Positions 35,601 to 39,656 of a stretch of 39,656 nucleotides of DNA are shown one piece after another. Numbering within the stretch: the first letter of the stretch is position 1; each line of letters starts with the position of its first letter. Source of the DNA: Kayfunavirus AN17P1. Location of the stretch: sequence record OZ035755.1; one strand, 5' to 3'. The notes under the pieces were generated by a model. That model saw only the letters and a program-made list of their open reading frames with translations, was not told the origin of the DNA and searched no databases. Made by a program: the position numbers and the translations under genes.

Positions 35601-36559
35601 ATGCTGGACGTCAGGGATTCCTGTCTGACATCGTGGAGCATAGTCTGACTGGCAGTAAGCGTCGGTTCGATGACCGCTGGCTTAAGACCGCTGGTATATC
35701 TGACGAGCAGTGGAAGGGCATTAAGTCCCTAATCCGTGAGTCAGTGACTCGTGGTCCAGACGGGAAGTACACCATCAAGGATAAGAAGGCGTTCAGTCAG
35801 GACCCAAGGGCTATGGACCTGTGGCGTATGGGTGACACCATCGCTGACGAAACGTTACTCCGGCCCCACAAGCTGTCAAACATGGACGCCAAGGCTTATG
35901 GTCCTCTCGCTAAGACTGTCCTTCAGTTTAAGAACTTCGTCATCAAGTCTATCAATGGGAGAACCATGCGAACCTTCTATAACGCCACGAAGAACAACAG
36001 AGCGATTGACGCTGCACTGTCGACCGTGATGTCTATGGGTCTGGCTGGTATCTACTACATGGCTCAGGCGCATGTCAAGGCTTATGCTATGCAGGATGGT
36101 CGAGACAGTGACTACCTTAAGCAAGCTCTGGACCCAACGATGATTGGCTATGCGGCCCTGTCCCGTAGTTCACATCTTGGTGGCCCACTTGGGGTAGCTA
36201 ACATTCTGGGAGGCATCGCTGGATATGAGGACACTAAGATGCTCCGTTCGTCTATCCTACCTCGTTCGCCTACAGAGAAGCCTGAGCGTGCCATCGCGTA
36301 TGGTGCAGCTACAAGTGACCCTGTGATGAATGTTGTTGGTAACTTCTTGGAGCAGGTTCCAGCTTTCGGATATGCTGCTAACGTTGGCGCTTCGGCTTAC
36401 AACTTGGCTGGCTACCTCAAGGCTGATACTCGTGTCAACGAGCGTGACTACATGACCGGGATGTATAATACGTTCCGTGAACTGGTTCCGAACGACCCCA
36501 TTACCCAGAAGCTGCTGCTTGGAACGTTTGAGGAGCAAGGCATCCACATCAAGGACTAA
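32672..36559 (+). CDS. gene 16: Internal virion protein D with N-terminal lytic transglycosylase domain (T7 gp16 homolog), 1295 aa
   Basis: Long collinear similarity to T7 gp16 as I recall it (VDPLTYVP, RLEARETARN, RSPTGMQSGASGK, YGISH..QFERSS, GLENNSFLEARNLFDSD, NRRVNGDIAIMAGTGKTTK, MDLWRMGD, RAIDAALS); the N-terminal roughly 150 aa fit a peptidoglycan hydrolase domain. Confidence 0.95.
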   Translation: MATRGIRNNNPGNIRVSKDQWEGMTGDDGAFVTFDSPESGVRALGKNLLSYGRQGYDSIEKIINRWAPPNENDTQAYIDSVVAATGIPATQSLDLSDPDTLSSLAQAISFHETGSRYDPEVYQQGVARALNGISPKTPPVSANVFDALTEGLKAKPKVALGENLPTAAGLNIEGQAPEAPNESFGEMFYKATGETMQEREDRSTWFGFGAATEAEVKNSMVGVAIRAGKTEDSLDVIGDVFNPTRWNNHKWSREELDQIRNAGVLPQYYGVITGGSPQNLTELINLALENQKLDQEKAKAGTGAQLAAGVIGAGVDPLTYVPIAGQVGKGGKLVNKMFTVAAQSGALAGVSEMARTSVVGGDAHVAEAILGGALFGGGMTAIADGLGRALGRNTNEFAGPATRLEARETARNVDGQDLSRLPIQEGEQTFSHQGVKFADVPNEPGSVRLEDGSILIGENPLNPKTRQVFDEVIEPERAAAGVNLGGLTEIGLKLLRSENPEIRGVAADLVRSPTGMQSGASGKIGTTASDVFERLRAVDHRFYNDIDDAVTEALKDPYFQTAFWRDSGAFRQDIYQRVSMAIEDGSGNLKAELTPGELKVYDLLKNQFDAKREMMENPAMFGRPDAQSIFPGSRFKGTYVPHVYSKQMKELYIKELGSPEALQEAIKKSWLTSYASRPEVKKRVDEALLEAYPTLTPEGLAAAVDKYANDKAYGISHTEQFERSSVMEENINGLVGLENNSFLEARNLFDSDMSIVLPNGQTFSVNNLREWDMDKIVPAYNRRVNGDIAIMAGTGKTTKGMKDLVETMMNKAGDDGKLKGEVSTLRDTLKILTGRARRDGADDVAFATVMRTMTDLSFFAKNAYMGVQNLTEIGGMLARGNVRALLHGVPMFRDLAFRNKKVGAAEIKDLHNVIFGKELDDSIRPSKQDVIDRLRSYSDLGRGAATALGTAKYYTGELVVRSPFTKVLNGTTNYLLDAGRQGFLSDIVEHSLTGSKRRFDDRWLKTAGISDEQWKGIKSLIRESVTRGPDGKYTIKDKKAFSQDPRAMDLWRMGDTIADETLLRPHKLSNMDAKAYGPLAKTVLQFKNFVIKSINGRTMRTFYNATKNNRAIDAALSTVMSMGLAGIYYMAQAHVKAYAMQDGRDSDYLKQALDPTMIGYAALSRSSHLGGPLGVANILGGIAGYEDTKMLRSSILPRSPTEKPERAIAYGAATSDPVMNVVGNFLEQVPAFGYAANVGASAYNLAGYLKADTRVNERDYMTGMYNTFRELVPNDPITQKLLLGTFEEQGIHIKD

Positions 36560-36578
36560 ACTATCACTATAGGAAACG
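36555..36578 (+). promoter_or_regulatory. Phage RNAP promoter (phi17-like)
   Basis: GACTAAACTATCACTATAGGAAAC; overlaps the gp16 stop. Confidence 0.75.
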
Positions 36579-36623
36579 GGAGGCGCTACCATAGGTCTCC
36601 GTTTAAATAACAAAGGAGGCATA

Positions 36624-39155
36624 ATGTCCACGATTACACAATTCCCTTCAGGAAACACTCAGTACAGGATTGAGTTCGACTACCTAGCCAGAACGTTTGT
36701 TGTTGTTACGCTGGTGAATAGCTCTAACCCTACCCTGAACCGTGTACTGGAAGTTGGTCGAGATTACCGATTCCTTAATCCAACGATGATTGAGATGTTG
36801 GTTGACCAATCAGGTTTCGACATAGTTCGTATTCACCGTCAGACTGGAACTGACTTAGTGGTAGACTTCAGGAATGGCTCAGTGTTGACAGCTAGTGACC
36901 TGACCAATGCAGAGCTTCAGGCTATCCATATTGCAGAAGAAGGTCGAGACCAAACGGTTGACTTAGCGAAGGAATATGCCGATGCTGCTGGTAGCTCTGC
37001 TGGCAACGCTAAGGATAGCGAGGACGAAGCACGCCGAATCGCTGCGAGTATCAGGGAAGCTGGTCTAATTGGCTATATTACCCGTCGCTCCTTCGAGAAA
37101 GGCTACAACGTTACAACATGGAGTGAGGTCCTGCTATGGGAAGAGGATGGTGATTATTACCGCTGGGATGGTACGCTTCCAAAGAACGTTCCTGCTGGTT
37201 CAACTCCTGAAACTTCCGGTGGGATTGGATTAGGTGCGTGGGTTAGTGTTGGTGATGCTGCTTTAAGAAGTCAGATTTCAAACCCGGAAGGGGCAATACT
37301 CTACCCGGAATTGCAGATGGCAAGATGGCGTGATGAGGGTGATGTTCGAGGCTGGGGTGCTAAAGGGGATGGTGTAACAGATAGTACGGAGAATATAGCT
37401 GCTTCACTAAATTCTCAAAAAGCTGTCGTAGCATCAGAAGGTGTATTCTCTAGTTCTGGTATTAATAGTAATTACTGTAACTTAGACGGTAGGGGTAGTG
37501 GCGTGCTAAGTCACCGTTCCAGTACAGGTAACTACTTAGTATTTAACAATCCACGTACAGGTCGCTTAAGTAATATTACGGTAGAAAGTAATAAGGCGAC
37601 TGATACAACTCAGGGACAGCAGGTATCTCTTGCGGGTGGAAGTGATGTTACTGTAAGTGACGTTAACTTCTCAAACGTTAAAGGTACTGGTTTCAGTTTA
37701 ATCGCATACCCTAATGATGCGCCACCTGATGGACTTATGATTAAAGGCATTCGAGGTAGCTATTCCGGCTATGCTACTAATAAGGCAGCCGGATGCGTAC
37801 TTGCTGACTCCTCAGTTAACTCCCTCATAGATAACGTCATTGCTAAGAACTACCCTCAGTTCGGAGCAGTGGAGTTGAAAGGTACAGCCAGTTACAACAT
37901 AGTCAGTAATGTTATAGGGGCAGATTGCCAGCATGTAACTTACAACGGCACTGAAGGGCTAATAGCTCCTTCTAATAACATTATAAAGGGGGTGATTGCT
38001 AATAACCCTAAGTATGCAGCGGTTGTTGCAGGCAAAGGAAATACGAACTTAATCTCAGACGTGCTCGTAGATTACTCAACTTCTGATGCTAGGCAGGCTC
38101 ATGGCATTACCGTAGAAGGGTCTGATAACGTCATAAATAATGTGCTTATGTCAGGATGTGATGGTACTAACTCTTTAGGACAAGGGCAGACTGCTACAAT
38201 TGCACGCTTTATAGGTACAGCTAATAACAACTATGCGTCTGTATTTCCTAGCTACAGTGCTACAGGTGTTATTACTTTCGAATCCGGCTCTACCCGTAAC
38301 TTCGTAGAGGTAAAGCACCCTGGCAGGAGAAACGACCTTCTCAGTTCTGCTAGTACTATTGACGGTGCAGCTACTATTGACGGCACTAGTAATAGTAACG
38401 TAGTGCACGCACCTGCCTTAGGGCAGTACATAGGTAGTATGTCAGGTAGGTTCGAATGGCGGATTAAGGCCATGTCACTCCCTTCAGGCGTTCTTACTTC
38501 TGCTGATAAGTACAGAATGCTTGGGGATGGTGCTGTGTCATTAGCTGTAGGTGGTGGTGCATCTTCTCAAGTTCGACTATTTACTTCTGATGGTATTTAT
38601 CGGACAGTATCCCTCACCAACGGCAACGTGCGTCTTCCTACCAGTAGCACAGGTTATTTGCAGTTAGGTCCTGATGCAATGACCCCAGATAGTACTAATA
38701 CATACGCATTAGGTTCCGCAAGTAGAGCATGGTCTGGCGGTTTTACTCAATCAGCATTCACTGTTGTCTCAGATGCTAGGGATAAAACAGAGCCTCTTAA
38801 TATCTCAGATGCTTTACTGGATGCTTGGTCTGAAGTTGACTTTGTGCAGTTTCAGTACTTGGACCGAATTGAGGAGAAGGGTGCAGACTCAGCTAGATGG
38901 CACTTCGGCATCATCGCTCAGCGAGCTAAGGAGGCCTTCGAACGTCACGGTATAGATGCACATCGCTATGGCTTCCTGTGCTTCGACAGTTGGGATGATG
39001 TATACGAGGAAGATGCCAATGGCTCTCGTAAACTGATTACACCAGCAGGTTCCCGCTACGGTATTCGTTACGAGGAAGTACTGATATTAGAGGCTGCGTT
39101 GATGCGGCGTACTATTAAGCGTATGCAGGAAGCATTAGCTGTTATGTCTAAGTGA
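36624..39155 (+). CDS. gene 17: Tail fiber / tailspike: T7 gp17-like N-terminal tail-attachment domain, beta-helix (pectate-lyase-like) domain, C-terminal intramolecular chaperone (peptidase S74-like) domain; 843 aa
   Basis: First roughly 150 aa collinear with T7 gp17 (FDYLARTFVVVTL, DYRF, VDFRNGSVLTASDL, AIHIAEEGRD); middle has GAKGDGVTD beta-helix hallmark and Gly/Asn/Ser/Thr/Val-rich repeats; C-terminus VVSDARDKTEP...WHFGIIAQ...YGFLCFDSWDD fits the self-cleaving chaperone domain of endosialidase-type tailspikes. Confidence 0.9.
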   Translation: MSTITQFPSGNTQYRIEFDYLARTFVVVTLVNSSNPTLNRVLEVGRDYRFLNPTMIEMLVDQSGFDIVRIHRQTGTDLVVDFRNGSVLTASDLTNAELQAIHIAEEGRDQTVDLAKEYADAAGSSAGNAKDSEDEARRIAASIREAGLIGYITRRSFEKGYNVTTWSEVLLWEEDGDYYRWDGTLPKNVPAGSTPETSGGIGLGAWVSVGDAALRSQISNPEGAILYPELQMARWRDEGDVRGWGAKGDGVTDSTENIAASLNSQKAVVASEGVFSSSGINSNYCNLDGRGSGVLSHRSSTGNYLVFNNPRTGRLSNITVESNKATDTTQGQQVSLAGGSDVTVSDVNFSNVKGTGFSLIAYPNDAPPDGLMIKGIRGSYSGYATNKAAGCVLADSSVNSLIDNVIAKNYPQFGAVELKGTASYNIVSNVIGADCQHVTYNGTEGLIAPSNNIIKGVIANNPKYAAVVAGKGNTNLISDVLVDYSTSDARQAHGITVEGSDNVINNVLMSGCDGTNSLGQGQTATIARFIGTANNNYASVFPSYSATGVITFESGSTRNFVEVKHPGRRNDLLSSASTIDGAATIDGTSNSNVVHAPALGQYIGSMSGRFEWRIKAMSLPSGVLTSADKYRMLGDGAVSLAVGGGASSQVRLFTSDGIYRTVSLTNGNVRLPTSSTGYLQLGPDAMTPDSTNTYALGSASRAWSGGFTQSAFTVVSDARDKTEPLNISDALLDAWSEVDFVQFQYLDRIEEKGADSARWHFGIIAQRAKEAFERHGIDAHRYGFLCFDSWDDVYEEDANGSRKLITPAGSRYGIRYEEVLILEAALMRRTIKRMQEALAVMSK

Positions 39156-39493
39156 GTAATACTGGTACGGTATTTTCGCACAATGAAATCGTTGAACACA
39201 CTGACGAGGAGGGTAATGTCACTACTACGGAAGAACCTGTATACACCGAGGTGTTTATTCACGAAGAGGGTGGGGAGTAGGGTGTTCGGCCTGACGGAAT
39301 TTTCTTTGCTGAAGCCGCTTATCAGAGAAGAAAACTGGAAAGAATCGAAGCCAGACTTTCTGCTCTTGAACAGAAGTAATAAACAAAACCATTTTGCCAT
39401 TAAGTTGGTGTGGGGGGGTAGAGACTAACTACACGCTAACCAACGTATGTAACAACTTTGGGTCACGGACGACCCGCTTTAAACTGGAGGTTT

Positions 39494-39656
39494 TATGATT
39501 GAGTTAGACTTCAAGAATGAGGTCCTTAAAGCCTCTCCTATCGTCGGGACCGCTGCGGCTGATGGTGCCAGTCGGTTCTTCTTCGGACTTACACTGAACG
39601 AATGGTTCTACGTTGCAGCTATCGCGTACACCGTTGTCCAGATTGGTGTGCTAGTC
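39494..39656 (+). CDS. gene 17.5: Class II holin (T7 gp17.5 homolog), 5' part only; runs off the window end
   Basis: MIELDFKNEVLKASPIVGTAAADGASRFFFGLTLNEWFYVAAIAYTVVQIG... versus T7 gp17.5 MLSLDFNNELIKAAPIVGTGVADVSARLFFGLSLNEWFYVAAIAYTVVQIG as I recall it; SD CTGGAGG. Confidence 0.85.

Noticed and set aside
39183-39428. 81-aa plus-strand ORF between tail fiber and holin
   Set aside because: No SD, basic low-complexity translation, and it is simply the continuation of the gene 17 frame past its stop; kept only as a curiosity in findings.

Overview
This window is essentially one complete genome of a T7-like podophage (Autographiviridae, T7/T3 gene order), rotated so that it starts at gene 18 and ends inside the holin gene 17.5. 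The physical genome ends (collapsed terminal repeat / concatemer junction) lie at about 3.6-4.1 kb, where a T3/T7-like left-end sequence TCTCACAGTTCAAGAACC begins at 3786, flanked by CCTAC(A/G)GT short repeats. All convincing genes are on the + strand. Calls rest on six-frame translation, Shine-Dalgarno inspection, gene order, and similarity to T7 proteins as I recall them; no database search was run. I recognise the full T7 core: terminase, Ocr, single-subunit RNA polymerase, gp1.2, ligase, gp1.6, gp1.7, Gp2, SSB, endonuclease I, lysozyme, primase-helicase, DNA polymerase, gp5.5, gp5.7, exonuclease, portal, scaffold, capsid, tail tube A/B, internal core proteins 14-16, tail fiber and spanins. 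Eleven phage-type promoters share the consensus CTAAACTATCACTATAGGGA, which differs from the T7, T3, SP6 and K11 consensus. There is a T-phi-like terminator after the capsid gene and a possible early terminator after the ligase block. What departs from the T7 reference layout is the most interesting part: an extra first early gene ahead of ocr behind a duplicated leader element; no full-length 0.7 kinase; two small ORFs between gene 1 and the first class II promoter; a 163-aa orphan gene wedged between endonuclease I and lysozyme; two HNH endonuclease genes; a DUF3850/ASCH-like gene between the tail tube genes; and a mosaic 843-aa tailspike with an AT-rich beta-helix domain and a C-terminal self-cleaving chaperone domain. 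None of the orphan genes can be assigned a function from sequence alone; they are the best candidates for undescribed host-takeover or anti-defence functions.
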